A stretch of 64,000 bases of DNA from an uncultured Gammaproteobacteria bacterium (GTDB taxonomy: Bacteria > Patescibacteriota > Patescibacteriia > UBA10025 > JAHIVO01), in contig CAZQBL010000013.1 of the NCBI GenBank assembly GCA_964592105.1, forward strand, positions 17,706 to 81,705, read 5' to 3'. Below, in pieces: positions 21,372-31,685 of this stretch. Made by a program: the position numbers and the translations under genes. Within the stretch, counting starts at the first letter, position 1. The number at the start of each line of letters is the position of its first letter. The notes below the pieces were generated by a model. That model searched no databases. It worked only from the letters and a program-made list of their open reading frames with translations, and was not told the DNA's origin.

Positions 21372-22097
21372 TTATTGCCCGAATCTCCTCTGCCTCCGAC
21401 CAAATTCCTCTATGGCTTCATCCAAATCTTTTTCTGAAAAATCCGGCCAATATTTTTTACAAAAATACAATTCTGAATAGGCCGCTTCCCAGAGCAAAAA
21501 ACCGGAAGTGCGCAGTTCTCCGGAAGTGCGAATAATTAAATCTGGATCGGGTATTTCCGGTGCGTACAAAAATTTTCCAAAAAACTCTTCAGTAATTTGT
21601 TCCAGTTTCACTCCTGTGGCGATTATTTTTTTGACGGCGTCAACTATCTCGGCCCGGCCACCGTAGTTAAGAGCCAAGCTAAATATGGCCTTAACATTAC
21701 TTTTCGTCTTAGCCATGGCCCGGCGCATCTCCTCCTGCAATACTTTGGGAAAGCCCTCAAGGCGCCCCAAGACATTAAAACGCACCCCTTTTTTATCTAA
21801 GGCGTCAATCTCATTTCGCAAAATGGACTTAAAAAGCTTCAGTAAATAATTGATCTCGTTTTTGGGACGATTCCAGTTTTCAGTGGAAAAAGTAAAAACA
21901 GTAAGATATTTAATACCGCGATCCAGACACCATTGCCCAACTTTCTTGAATGTTTCCACTCCCGTGCGGTGGCCCTCAAAGGTCGGAAGACCCCTTTCCC
22001 TGGCCCACCGCCGGTTGCCATCCATAATAATACCAATGTGTTTTGGCGACTTATCTTGCATGCAATAAATTGTACCAAGTTTATCCAAAAAAATCAA
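21372..22097 (-). CDS. uppS: undecaprenyl diphosphate synthase
   Basis: IGIIMDGNRRWA motif; cis-IPPS fold. Confidence 0.9.
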   Translation of the reverse strand: MIFLDKLGTIYCMQDKSPKHIGIIMDGNRRWARERGLPTFEGHRTGVETFKKVGQWCLDRGIKYLTVFTFSTENWNRPKNEINYLLKLFKSILRNEIDALDKKGVRFNVLGRLEGFPKVLQEEMRRAMAKTKSNVKAIFSLALNYGGRAEIVDAVKKIIATGVKLEQITEEFFGKFLYAPEIPDPDLIIRTSGELRTSGFLLWEAAYSELYFCKKYWPDFSEKDLDEAIEEFGRRQRRFGQ

Positions 22098-22347
22098 CTC
22101 TCAATAAGAAAAGGTCATAACACAGAATGACATTATGACCTATGGCGCCGCTAGAAGCGGCTGCTTGGCTAGTTTTAGCCACCATCAGTTGGACAAGGCA
22201 ATAAGAAAATTTTTTTTAATTACCTTATCCTCCTGCACCTTCTTAGAGGATCAATCTGGGTTCCGTATCACCCTCCAACTCTTTCCAGAAACGTTAGGCT
22301 ACGCCTATATCCTCACTAAAAGTGCCGATTTTGACCATGTACAAAAC

Positions 22348-22905
22348 CTATGTTGAGAATTTTTTCAATAAATTATTAAAATCCTCGCTTCGATTCAATA
22401 GCTGAACTTCCTCCACGCACCAGGGCGACCAATTTTGGGGATGGTCCGAAATTTCCTGAACAAACTCGGCCCAGGACAACCAGCGCACTTCCTCAACCTC
22501 TTCCTTGTTTAATTCGGGCTGGCTGTCGGTAAAACCGACAAAAACCGGACACAATTCATTTTCCACTACGCCATCTTTCTCCGCTCGATAACGAAAGTCG
22601 GGCAGAACTTCATGGACCTCGGACAATTCCAGGCCTAATTCGTCTTTTAATCTTCTTAAAACCGCCTGGGCCGTCGGCTCTTCCAGCTGCGGATGGCCGC
22701 AGCAAGTATTGGTCCAAACCAGTGGCCAGGTTTTCTTTTTATGACTGCGCTGCTGCAATAAAATCTCCCCTCGACTATTAAAAATAAATGAGGAAAATGC
22801 CCGATGCAGCGGCGTATTTCCGGTATGGACCGTGGCCTTAGGCGCCGTACCCAAAACTTCATTTTTGTCGTTGATCAAAACGACGTGCTCTTCTGTCTTA
22901 CTCAT
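22348..22905 (-). CDS. idi: isopentenyl-diphosphate delta-isomerase type 1 (Nudix)
   Basis: HRAFSSFIFN...LLQQRS..KK.WP..WTNTCCGHP signature. Confidence 0.8.
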   Translation of the reverse strand: MSKTEEHVVLINDKNEVLGTAPKATVHTGNTPLHRAFSSFIFNSRGEILLQQRSHKKKTWPLVWTNTCCGHPQLEEPTAQAVLRRLKDELGLELSEVHEVLPDFRYRAEKDGVVENELCPVFVGFTDSQPELNKEEVEEVRWLSWAEFVQEISDHPQNWSPWCVEEVQLLNRSEDFNNLLKKFST

Positions 22906-23069
22906 GCTCTTCCTCCTTTCCTATTTTTTATTTTGTTAATTATAATACAAAACAAAAAAAATAAAAAGGAACGCCCGATATATATTTTTTATCCATAAAA
23001 AAAGACCCGGTTTTTTGCCGGAGTCGTTTTTAGAAGGGGGGTAATGTAATATTGATAATTTTTATTTTT

Positions 23070-23621
23070 TTAAAAATCCATCATATGACGCCAACCGCGA
23101 AAACCTCTCATGCCTCTCATCATATAACCACCATCGTTCTCGTCAAAATTCCGCAACCTTTCCTGCATCTGCTCCTGAGTGATCTCTCCGTCATCAACCA
23201 TGGTCTGCAAATGCTGGGTCATCCGCTCCTTCATCTGTGACTTAATTTTTTCTCGCAACTGAACATGTCCAATCCCTTTCTCATCCAATAATTGAGGAAA
23301 AGTTTTACCGTCGTCTAGCTCTTTTTTATAATCATCCAGCGACATGCCCAGAATATCCGATTGGAACTGAAGTCTGGCGTCTTCTTTCAAAATATAAAGT
23401 TGCTGATGGGTAATACCTTTATCATCCAGAAGCTTGGGTAAAGTTTTATTCTGAACCTGGACTTTTAACTCATCTGTGGAAATACCAAGTAGTTTGGCCA
23501 GTCCTTCGGAAAACTGTCCGTTGGACCAGAAACCATGACCAACACTAGCCCAGGCCACTCCCCCGCCAAAAAGGATAAGGACGCCTAAACCGATTAACGT
23601 GCCGTATATGTATTTTCTCAT
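23070..23621 (-). CDS. secreted/anchored hypothetical protein with internal repeats and Met/Arg-rich tail
   Basis: N-terminal TM/signal; repeats KTLPKLLDDKGITHQQL / KTFPQLLDEKGIGHVQL; tail GGYMMRGMRGFRGWRHMMDF. Confidence 0.5.
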   Translation of the reverse strand: MRKYIYGTLIGLGVLILFGGGVAWASVGHGFWSNGQFSEGLAKLLGISTDELKVQVQNKTLPKLLDDKGITHQQLYILKEDARLQFQSDILGMSLDDYKKELDDGKTFPQLLDEKGIGHVQLREKIKSQMKERMTQHLQTMVDDGEITQEQMQERLRNFDENDGGYMMRGMRGFRGWRHMMDF

Positions 23622-23714
23622 AATTTGAAAGTATTATCTGAATTAAATAGACCTTGCATTACTTCATACGCGGCCGGGCGACTATATCTTTCAATCACCC
23701 ATCTGTGGCTAATC

Positions 23715-24380
23715 TTAGCGGCCATAAATTCTACCGTCTTTCAATTCGACAATATGGCTGGTGTATTTTCTTATATAATCGGAGTGAGTAATGACAATGA
23801 CAGTTTTTTTATTATTTTTATTAAGACTGTCAAGTATGGAAAAAATCTCCTCGCCGGTCTTGCTGTCCAAATTTCCAGTTGGCTCATCGGCTAAAATAAT
23901 GTCGGGCTCGTTGATCAGAGCTCTAGCCATGGCCACCCGCTGCTGTTCTCCACCAGAGAGCAGATTCGGCAAATGATTGACTCGTTCCTCCAAGCCTAGC
24001 TGCTTTAAAGCGGCCAAAGATTTTTTTCTATCCTGGGATGAGCGTTTAGCAATCACTGCTTCCACATTTTGGGCGGCGGTCAGCGTGGGAATCAAATTAA
24101 AATTCTGAAACACAAAGCCAATCTTATTGCGACGCAGGTCTGTTAATTTGGCTTCGCTGATTTTATTGATATTAACGTCGTCAATGAATACTTCACCGCT
24201 GGAAGGCCTATCCAGTCCGCCAAGCAACTGCAAAAGAGTGCTCTTACCTGAACCGGACTGGCCCAAAACCGCCAAAAAGTCACCTCTTTCTACCTCTAAA
24301 TTTACGCCGTCAATGGCCTTAACCACTCGCGCGCCCTGGAAAAAATATTTTTTTACGTTTTTGGCTTTAATTATTTTCAT
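23715..24380 (-). CDS. ABC transporter ATP-binding protein (MacB/LolD/FtsE type)
   Basis: Walker [10 protein letters not shown], signature [15 protein letters not shown], Walker [12 protein letters not shown]. Confidence 0.9.
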   Translation of the reverse strand: MKIIKAKNVKKYFFQGARVVKAIDGVNLEVERGDFLAVLGQSGSGKSTLLQLLGGLDRPSSGEVFIDDVNINKISEAKLTDLRRNKIGFVFQNFNLIPTLTAAQNVEAVIAKRSSQDRKKSLAALKQLGLEERVNHLPNLLSGGEQQRVAMARALINEPDIILADEPTGNLDSKTGEEIFSILDSLNKNNKKTVIVITHSDYIRKYTSHIVELKDGRIYGR

Positions 24381-24397
24381 AAATTTTGTATTAACAC

Positions 24398-26053
24398 TTA
24401 CTCAATATTACGGAGAGCTTCCTGGGGCTTCATTTTCGATGCTTTGATAGCCGCCAAAGTTCCGGCAAAAATTGAACCAATAACAGCCACTAGTGAACCT
24501 AGCAAAAAAACCATATTTGAATAGATAATTTTCAAAGGTACTTGCGTGGAAACCGTGGTGTTAGTACCGTTACCGCCCAGGAAAAATCTTCGCGCAAAAC
24601 TAAATCCCTGGTTCTGGCTGGCACTGGCGATTGTGGCCGAGAGAGAGATATCAAAATGGTTGAGCAACGCGATAGCTCCCGCGGCCAAGCCAAGTCCCAA
24701 GACCGCACCTATCACTCCCAATACTAAATTTTCGGCGATAATTTGCCTGATTATTATAGCGTTGCCCCAACCAATTGCTTTCAATGTTCCAATTTCACGT
24801 ATCCTTTTATTTACCGAGAGTATGGTGAGCAAACTAACAATGATAAAAGCCGCGGAAATAACAATAACACTGGTTACTCCAATAAATTTATTGGTTAGGT
24901 TCGCGACGTTTACTAGACTACCACTAACTTCCTGAGCAGTATCTTTAGAATTAGTAACTACAGCTCCGATAAAAGCGTCCTCAAGTTTTTTACTCGTATC
25001 CTCAACCGATTGAGCATTGGTCGACTTGATAAGCATAATATTAATTTTCCCATCTCGTTCGGCGATAGCTTGCAAATCGGTAAGCGGCAAATACAAATCG
25101 GCCGTGTTGGTATACAGTTTCGGCTCGACAATACCAACCAAGGTCCAGTTTTTACCGCCAAGATTTATTGTCCCACCAAGAACGTAATTCTGTTTATCGG
25201 CGTAGGATTTATTGGCGATTATCTGGTTATCACCGTTAAACCAGGTACCGCTGGTAATATGATCCGGTAAAATCAGACCGATGTCCGTTTTTGACATATC
25301 CACACCGGCCACCGTCAAACTATTCGAACTGATATTAGTTTCTATTGGCCCTACATGCTGGGTATATGTTCGTTCCGGAGCGGTAAACCTAAAAGACTGA
25401 TTTTTAAAACGTTCGGGCATGGCCTCATCCATGGCTTTACGCATAGATTCCATCCCTTCCGGCGACCGCGGATCAATACCCTTCACCTTCAGCTCCTCTT
25501 CAACCTTTTTCCGGGCAGAATCTTGAGCCGCCCGTTCTTCATCGGTCATTGGTTCAATTTTCTGATTAACCTCAAAAGTTTCGCCTCCGGTAGTTACTTC
25601 CGTTGTTACGTCAGGTATCGTACCTTCCTGGTGTATTACTTGCATAATCAGTCCGGCTGCTGCCTTGGCAACCAATGACTTATTAAGGTTGTCAATTTCC
25701 TTCTGATCAAAAGTCATCAGCGATCCCGGCAAGAAAGTATCATAAGAAAATGTCTCTCCCGGATTACCTAGATTAGCTAAATTAAGGCCAATCCTATTAT
25801 CCTGCATCAATTCATTACGGGAAGTCTCGTCGAGTGAAACCATACTTTCGTTATCAACGGATCTCGTAACCATTATATCTGTCCCCACATTTTGTAAAGG
25901 ATTCAATACCTTATCCTGGGCAGTGGATAAACTTTGCGACACGGAAATAATAACGATAATCACAGAGCTGGCCATGGCCAGACCCAAGGAAATCGTCAAA
26001 GTTTTTCCAAAACGACGAATCAGCTCCGCCCCCAAATAACGCAAATAGAACAT
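24398..26053 (-). CDS. ABC transporter permease, FtsX/MacB family with large extracytoplasmic domain
   Basis: N-terminal TM, ~330-aa periplasmic domain, C-terminal 3-TM FtsX-like bundle; adjacent to ATPase. Confidence 0.8.
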   Translation of the reverse strand: MFYLRYLGAELIRRFGKTLTISLGLAMASSVIIVIISVSQSLSTAQDKVLNPLQNVGTDIMVTRSVDNESMVSLDETSRNELMQDNRIGLNLANLGNPGETFSYDTFLPGSLMTFDQKEIDNLNKSLVAKAAAGLIMQVIHQEGTIPDVTTEVTTGGETFEVNQKIEPMTDEERAAQDSARKKVEEELKVKGIDPRSPEGMESMRKAMDEAMPERFKNQSFRFTAPERTYTQHVGPIETNISSNSLTVAGVDMSKTDIGLILPDHITSGTWFNGDNQIIANKSYADKQNYVLGGTINLGGKNWTLVGIVEPKLYTNTADLYLPLTDLQAIAERDGKINIMLIKSTNAQSVEDTSKKLEDAFIGAVVTNSKDTAQEVSGSLVNVANLTNKFIGVTSVIVISAAFIIVSLLTILSVNKRIREIGTLKAIGWGNAIIIRQIIAENLVLGVIGAVLGLGLAAGAIALLNHFDISLSATIASASQNQGFSFARRFFLGGNGTNTTVSTQVPLKIIYSNMVFLLGSLVAVIGSIFAGTLAAIKASKMKPQEALRNIE

Positions 26054-26327
26054 AGTTTTCTATATATCATGATTTAATTAATCCGAAAATTTTTTACACA
26101 TCCTTTAAAAAAATATTCTAGAAAATTATTAAAAATTCTCTATTAATTACAATACTTTTGCCATAAAAGATTTACACTACATTATCTTATACGCGCCCCT
26201 TCTGATTATTATTTCAAAAATTTCACTGAAGCTGCAGTCAATCAGACCATTTAAAAAAATCACCAAGAAAACAGACGAGAGAGTCTACTTTCCGGTAAGG
26301 TACGCGAATATTAAGGGTAGTAAATAT

Positions 26328-26717
26328 TTACGCCAAGGGCGGCCCCCTGACGCCAAAGTCGGGCCTATGCTGATTATCGACTTTAGCATAGGATTGGTCG
26401 ACCAAAGTAAAAAGCTGATTGACTTGATCATCTGTTATGGTGCCCTGGTTATCAATGAAAACTCCGGCCAGCGTGGCTAACGAAATCTCCGCGGCGGGCT
26501 TTGGAAAACTTTTATGATCCGACTGTTCGTCAATAGTGGCAGCGGGCGTTATTTGGTCTATAAACGCAACATCACTTTTACGCGCTAACATGGTAAAATC
26601 AGAATAGCCTTTTATCTTCAACTGATTATCCACTAAATTGCCAGCCACGACCATGGCGCTCAGAAATAATAACAGACTAATCATACCGAATAATATTGGA
26701 GTGAAAATATTAAACAT
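26328..26717 (-). CDS. hypothetical exported protein (N-terminal TM)
   Basis: ORF plus hydrophobic N-terminus only. Confidence 0.4.
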   Translation of the reverse strand: MFNIFTPILFGMISLLLFLSAMVVAGNLVDNQLKIKGYSDFTMLARKSDVAFIDQITPAATIDEQSDHKSFPKPAAEISLATLAGVFIDNQGTITDDQVNQLFTLVDQSYAKVDNQHRPDFGVRGPPLA

Positions 26718-26844
26718 AAATTGTTAATCCTCTGCTTTTGGCCTCGCATTACTTAATACGACTGATAATTAATAATCATTTCATTTACCAAAAACCCCGT
26801 TTTTTCATCGGGGTTATGGTTCATCTAGTAATAAAAACGAATTG

Positions 26845-27627
26845 TTATCGCCTAAAAGGTTTGACTCCCGGTGGTCGGGCAGCATTAAACGGCATAACAT
26901 GTATCCTGCCTCTGATCTCGCCCGGACCCACAAAAAATGGCATCACTCTGATAGCGCTGAAAATATGTTCATTAGCTGACCGCAAATCACCTATAATCCT
27001 GACCAACTGCCCCTCTTCGAAGGAAAATATGGTTGGCTGGTAAGTGTTCGCTTCAACCACGATCCAATTCTGACCGGAAAAATCCTCTAACTCAAACAAC
27101 TGAGGCTTGGCAAGCTCCTTGATTACTTCTCCGGCTAGTAAACCTCTCTCCGGCTGGACCAATAACTGCTCGCGGTCATGCATCAGCACCCCATAAAAAG
27201 GCACCTGACGATTGAGAAAATAGTGTATTTGGGACGCCAAACCAAAACAGTAAACAGTGCCGCCCAAAACTAAACTCAACGCTAAGCTACCAATGACAAC
27301 CCAGTAGGCATGATATTTATAGCCTTCTTTGGTATGGCGGGCGTTGTAATAAGCCAACAACACAAATAAGGCCATGATGACTATCCACAGATATGGCATG
27401 GTGTCCAAAAAATGCTGAAAAGGAGTGCGCGGCAGATATTCTAGTACCTCCCAATCGGAATTGACAAATTCGAACAATATTACACTAAAAGCCAAACTAC
27501 CGATCAGAACTGAAACCGCTGCTGCCGCCCAAACCAACCAGTGTTTAAGCAAAAACTGCCAGCGAGGCTTAGGCTTGATGCCCGCTTCCTTAATTGTCTG
27601 GATGATTTTTTCGCTAATGTCGTTCAT
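26845..27627 (-). CDS. multi-TM membrane protein, putative anti-sigma factor partner
   Basis: 4-nt overlap (ATGA) with upstream ECF sigma gene; cytoplasmic N-terminus then TM segments; inference from context. Confidence 0.45.
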   Translation of the reverse strand: MNDISEKIIQTIKEAGIKPKPRWQFLLKHWLVWAAAAVSVLIGSLAFSVILFEFVNSDWEVLEYLPRTPFQHFLDTMPYLWIVIMALFVLLAYYNARHTKEGYKYHAYWVVIGSLALSLVLGGTVYCFGLASQIHYFLNRQVPFYGVLMHDREQLLVQPERGLLAGEVIKELAKPQLFELEDFSGQNWIVVEANTYQPTIFSFEEGQLVRIIGDLRSANEHIFSAIRVMPFFVGPGEIRGRIHVMPFNAARPPGVKPFRR

Positions 27628-28217
27628 ATTCCTATATTTCCATTTTTTATTGCTTCACGTAATTTTTCCTTGGCCCTACTCAATAAAGTCCCCACCGTAC
27701 CGATGGGTTTTTTTAAAATATCCGATATTTCCTGATAATCCCTTTCCTCTAAATACTTTAACACCAGAACTTCTTTATATTTTGAATCTAACTCGGCCAA
27801 TAGTTTACGCACAACTTCGCCTGTCAATCGGCTGCTGATTTTTTCATGTAAGTCTTTACCGTCTTTTATCAGGGCCAAAATTTTCTCACCCTCTTCGCCG
27901 TTGATTGTCTGGGTCCTGGCCTGATTACTACGATAATAACTGATAACTTTGTTATGAGTTATACGATAAATCCATGAAGAAAATTTCAAACTTTGATCAA
28001 AATCGTTTAAATTTCGATATACGGTCAAAAAAATTTCCTGCAACAAATCCTCGATATCTTCTCTGGCCAGACCGGAAATACGAAAAATATACCTTGTCAG
28101 TTTGTGTTCGTATCTTTTCACCAGCCCCCCATACCAATCGGGGTTTTGAATGGTCAATTTAACCAGCTCCTCGTCTGATTTATTTTGGAAATCCTCAATG
28201 GGTATCATAAAAAACAA
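27624..28217 (-). CDS. RNA polymerase ECF-type sigma-70 factor
   Basis: region 2 (IEDLLQEIFLTVYRNLNDFD...FSSWIYRITHNKVISYYR) and region 4 HTH (YQEISDILKKPIGTVGTLLSRAKEKLR). Confidence 0.85.
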   Translation of the reverse strand: MFFMIPIEDFQNKSDEELVKLTIQNPDWYGGLVKRYEHKLTRYIFRISGLAREDIEDLLQEIFLTVYRNLNDFDQSLKFSSWIYRITHNKVISYYRSNQARTQTINGEEGEKILALIKDGKDLHEKISSRLTGEVVRKLLAELDSKYKEVLVLKYLEERDYQEISDILKKPIGTVGTLLSRAKEKLREAIKNGNIGI

Positions 28218-28731
28218 CCGTCAATTAAGTAGTACGTATTATAACATGAATTTATTTTGAAAACACCACCAATCAATCAAAGTTGTTGACTGCCCGGCCG
28301 TCAGTTCAGATCTTCTGCAATTTTATAACAACTCCCTCGGAACACTGGTCCTCAAAAAACGGCCTACAAAAGTGAAAATAAAACGAATGCGCTACACTGT
28401 GTCGGCATATAAACGGAGTCGAGGGGCTGGGTAATCACGTTGACGCAATAGTTCTGAAAATTTTGGCAATTCGAGAATCTATGGCTACTCCCGCCGGAGT
28501 GAACAATAATAAAATAACGCTTTGCAAAAACTCGGACCGACTTAACACATTAAACTGGCTGGTTTATTTATCCACGATAATCCGAAAAAATCTAAAAATT
28601 AAGCAGCGATAACGCCTGGTTAATGACAGCGCTGAGATCAGTAACCATAACAAAATCTATTTATATTGTTTAAGATAAGGCCTGGGTTATTTTGTGGTGG
28701 AAGAAGTATATCATTCATATCCACCCCTACT

Positions 28732-30939
28732 TCAACCCCGCCACCGTTTTAAAAGTAGTGAATTGGCTACCACTGAAACGCTAGATAATGCCATGGCCGC
28801 TCCGGCAATCTCGGGTCGCAGCTGCCAGCCGAAAATCGGAAAAAACGCTCCGGCGGCAATGGGAATGCCGGCAACATTATAGATAAGTGCCCAAAAAAAG
28901 TTCTGCACAATTTTACGAAATGTGGCACGTGACAGACTGATCGATTTCACCACATCCATCAGATCATTTTTTACCAGCACAATCTGTCCGGTCTCCAGGG
29001 CCACATCCGTACCCGAACCAATAGCAATGCCGAGGTCAGCGCTGGCTAAAGCCGGGGCGTCATTGATGCCATCGCCGACAAAGGCAACTTTCTTGCCTTC
29101 AGCCCGAAGTTTCTTGACTTCATTGGCTTTTTCCCTCGGTAACACTTCAGCTAACACGCGATCAATGCCAAGCTGTCGGGCAATGGCCTGGGCCGTCCGT
29201 TTATTATCGCCGGTGATCATCACTACTTCAATGCCTTTTTTCTTTAACGCTTCTATAGCCGGCACGGCGCTCGGCTTGGCTTGGTCAGCCACCGCAATCC
29301 AGCCGACAATTTTCTTATTCACGCCGATAATCATGACTGTTTTACCGGTCCGCTCCATGGTTTCAATATCGCCGGAGATTGCCGTCAAATCAACCCTCTC
29401 CCGTTCGAATAATTTCCGATTTCCTAAAATAACATTACGGCCATCGATGATGCCTTTAACGCCATGTCCAGGTACCGCGGAAAAGCTAACTACTTCTGAT
29501 AACTGAAGATTTTGCTCCTGAGCTTTTTTGATAATCGCGGATGCCAAGGGATGCTCTGACTTTTTTTCAATTGAGGCAGCCAGGCGTAGTATTTCGTTGC
29601 TCGAACCTTCATCCTTTGCCCCAATATCTGTTACCTCCGGTTTGCCATTGGTCAATGTACCGGTTTTATCAAATACCACCGCAGAAATTTTTCGCGCCGC
29701 CTCCAGCGCCTCCCCACCCTTAATTAAAATACCTTGTGAGGCTCCTAGACCAGTGCCCGTAATAATGGCGGTTGGTGTGGCTAACCCAAGAGCGCACGGA
29801 CAGGCGATAACCAGCACGGCCACAAACGCCAGCAGACTCGGAACAAGCGGCTGTAACGCTAAAAAATACCAAGCCACAAACGTAATCAACGCCAGGGCAA
29901 TTACTATCGGTACAAAATACGCGGACACCCGATCGGCCAACCGCTGGATCGGCGCCTTGGACGCCTGGGCATCCTCCACCAGCTTGATAATGCCGGCCAA
30001 CAATGTATCCCTGCCGACTTTGGTGGCTTTGAACAAAAATGAACGGTGCATATTAATCGTGCCACCGATGACGACATCACCCTTATTTTTTTCGACCGGA
30101 ATACTTTCTCCGGTAACCATTGACTCGTCAACCGAAGATGTACCGTCCTCAATCGTTCCATCAACCGGAATCTTGGTACCGGGTTTAACGCGGATCAAAT
30201 CACCTGCCACAATCTGTTCTAGGGGCACTTCTTGTTCAACTCCGTCGCGCAACACAATGGCAGTCTTGGGCGCCAAACCTATCAGCTTTTTAATCGCTTC
30301 CCCGGCCTTCCCCTTTGCTCGCGCTTCCAGCCATTTACCTAGCAAAACTAAAGTGATAAGAATGCTACCAATCTCAAAGTAAACTTCGCCATCAACCAGC
30401 CCGAAAACTACCAATATTGAATACAGATAGGCCGCAGACGTGCCAATAGCAATCAAACTGTCCATGTTGGCGGTCCGGGCCTTCAGCGCCCCCCAGAAGC
30501 CGCGGTAAAATTGCCACCCAGCCCAGAACTGGATCGGCGTAGCAAATAAAAATTGTAACCACCCGCGGTATGGAATTTCCTCTATCTGTGGAATGACATT
30601 CATACCCATACTTAAAATAAGAACCGGAAGCGCCAATAAAACACTGATGATAAATTTTACTTTGACGCTGCTGATTTCCTTGGCTCGTGCCATATCCTCG
30701 GATTGACGTGCCTGGCTGTCATCTTTTAGCTCACTGGCGTTATACCCGATTTCCTGGACGCGCTGTATTAACTTATCGATGGTAGCCTGCGACTGGTCAT
30801 GAATCACGTGCGCCCGCTCAGTGCCATAATTAACACTCGCCTTCTCGACGCCCGGCGTTTTATTCAATTGCCGCTCAATCAGCTGGGCGCATGAAGCACA
30901 GTGCATCTTACGTAATGATAATGTTGTTTGTTGAGTCAT
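28732..30939 (-). CDS. copA: copper-translocating P1B-type ATPase with N-terminal HMA domain
   Basis: MHCASCA (CxxC), CPC in TM6, [15 protein letters not shown]. Confidence 0.9.
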   Translation of the reverse strand: MTQQTTLSLRKMHCASCAQLIERQLNKTPGVEKASVNYGTERAHVIHDQSQATIDKLIQRVQEIGYNASELKDDSQARQSEDMARAKEISSVKVKFIISVLLALPVLILSMGMNVIPQIEEIPYRGWLQFLFATPIQFWAGWQFYRGFWGALKARTANMDSLIAIGTSAAYLYSILVVFGLVDGEVYFEIGSILITLVLLGKWLEARAKGKAGEAIKKLIGLAPKTAIVLRDGVEQEVPLEQIVAGDLIRVKPGTKIPVDGTIEDGTSSVDESMVTGESIPVEKNKGDVVIGGTINMHRSFLFKATKVGRDTLLAGIIKLVEDAQASKAPIQRLADRVSAYFVPIVIALALITFVAWYFLALQPLVPSLLAFVAVLVIACPCALGLATPTAIITGTGLGASQGILIKGGEALEAARKISAVVFDKTGTLTNGKPEVTDIGAKDEGSSNEILRLAASIEKKSEHPLASAIIKKAQEQNLQLSEVVSFSAVPGHGVKGIIDGRNVILGNRKLFERERVDLTAISGDIETMERTGKTVMIIGVNKKIVGWIAVADQAKPSAVPAIEALKKKGIEVVMITGDNKRTAQAIARQLGIDRVLAEVLPREKANEVKKLRAEGKKVAFVGDGINDAPALASADLGIAIGSGTDVALETGQIVLVKNDLMDVVKSISLSRATFRKIVQNFFWALIYNVAGIPIAAGAFFPIFGWQLRPEIAGAAMALSSVSVVANSLLLKRWRG

Positions 30940-31010
30940 AATGTTCTTTGATTAACACCGCGTTTGTCGTATGGGCAACACCCCACTCTTCAGTCATGTC
31001 GAGTAAAACC

Positions 31011-31056
31011 GAGACGTCTCTATTGCAGTGGTCACCGTTATTAACTGAGACGTCTC
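31011..31056. promoter_or_regulatory. two copies of perfect 10-bp palindrome GAGACGTCTC (31011-31020, 31047-31056) in copA upstream region
   Basis: Seen directly; located 72-117 bp upstream of copA start; candidate metalloregulator operator. Confidence 0.4.
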
Positions 31057-31083
31057 GATTCCCTCGACGTCACAAACGCGGAA

Positions 31084-31455
31084 TTATTTAACGATCACCT
31101 TCCCCTGATACATCCCCATATCACAGGTAAAAGAGATCTCGCCGGTTTGGGCGGGAGTAAATTTCACATCTGTAACACCAAAAGGTTTCAGGTCCTTCCG
31201 GACATTTTGTCCTTCAAACGTGACAAACCGCGAACACGAAGTATCTTCCTGTCGGTTAAAATGTACAACCAGCGGTACGCCGGCTTTGGCCGTAATCACA
31301 TTTGGATCATATGCCCCTTTCACCAGGATAGTGACCTCCTGCTTGCCGCCTTGTTCCATAGCCTGTTCCTGCTTGCGCTGAAACCGGAGCCAAAGGAAGA
31401 ACAATCCGACGATAATTGCGATAAGTACAATACCGACAATTTGAATTATTTGCAT
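31084..31455 (-). CDS. membrane-anchored cupredoxin-like putative copper-binding protein
   Basis: N-terminal TM; C-terminal beta-rich domain ending FTCDMGMYQGKVIVK, paralogous to C-terminus of the 499-aa protein (FSCTMGM). Confidence 0.55.
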   Translation of the reverse strand: MQIIQIVGIVLIAIIVGLFFLWLRFQRKQEQAMEQGGKQEVTILVKGAYDPNVITAKAGVPLVVHFNRQEDTSCSRFVTFEGQNVRKDLKPFGVTDVKFTPAQTGEISFTCDMGMYQGKVIVK

Positions 31456-31466
31456 ACGATTATTAA

Positions 31467-31682
31467 TTAAGAAATTGGTAATTCAACCGAATATGACCCC
31501 GCTCTCTCAATTTCCTCCTTTAGTCGCTGCCAGTCAAGATGCTCATCATGTTCAATGACCGTCTGACCCGAATGATAGTCAACACTGCACGACTGTATTT
31601 CCGGAAAATCACGACAGACGTCCTCAAGTAAGGCTTTGCATGACGGACAATGAGTTCCTCCAATGGTTATGGTTGTTTTCAT
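31467..31682 (-). CDS. heavy-metal-associated (HMA) domain copper chaperone, CopZ-like
   Basis: 71 aa, GGTHCPSC metal-binding loop. Confidence 0.75.
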   Translation of the reverse strand: MKTTITIGGTHCPSCKALLEDVCRDFPEIQSCSVDYHSGQTVIEHDEHLDWQRLKEEIERAGSYSVELPIS

Positions 31683-31685
31683 AAA

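Noticed and set aside
28922-30382. 194-aa and 284-aa plus-strand ORFs antisense to copA
   Set aside because: Ala/Ser/Pro-rich translations typical of antisense GC-rich coding DNA; copA motifs are intact on the minus strand
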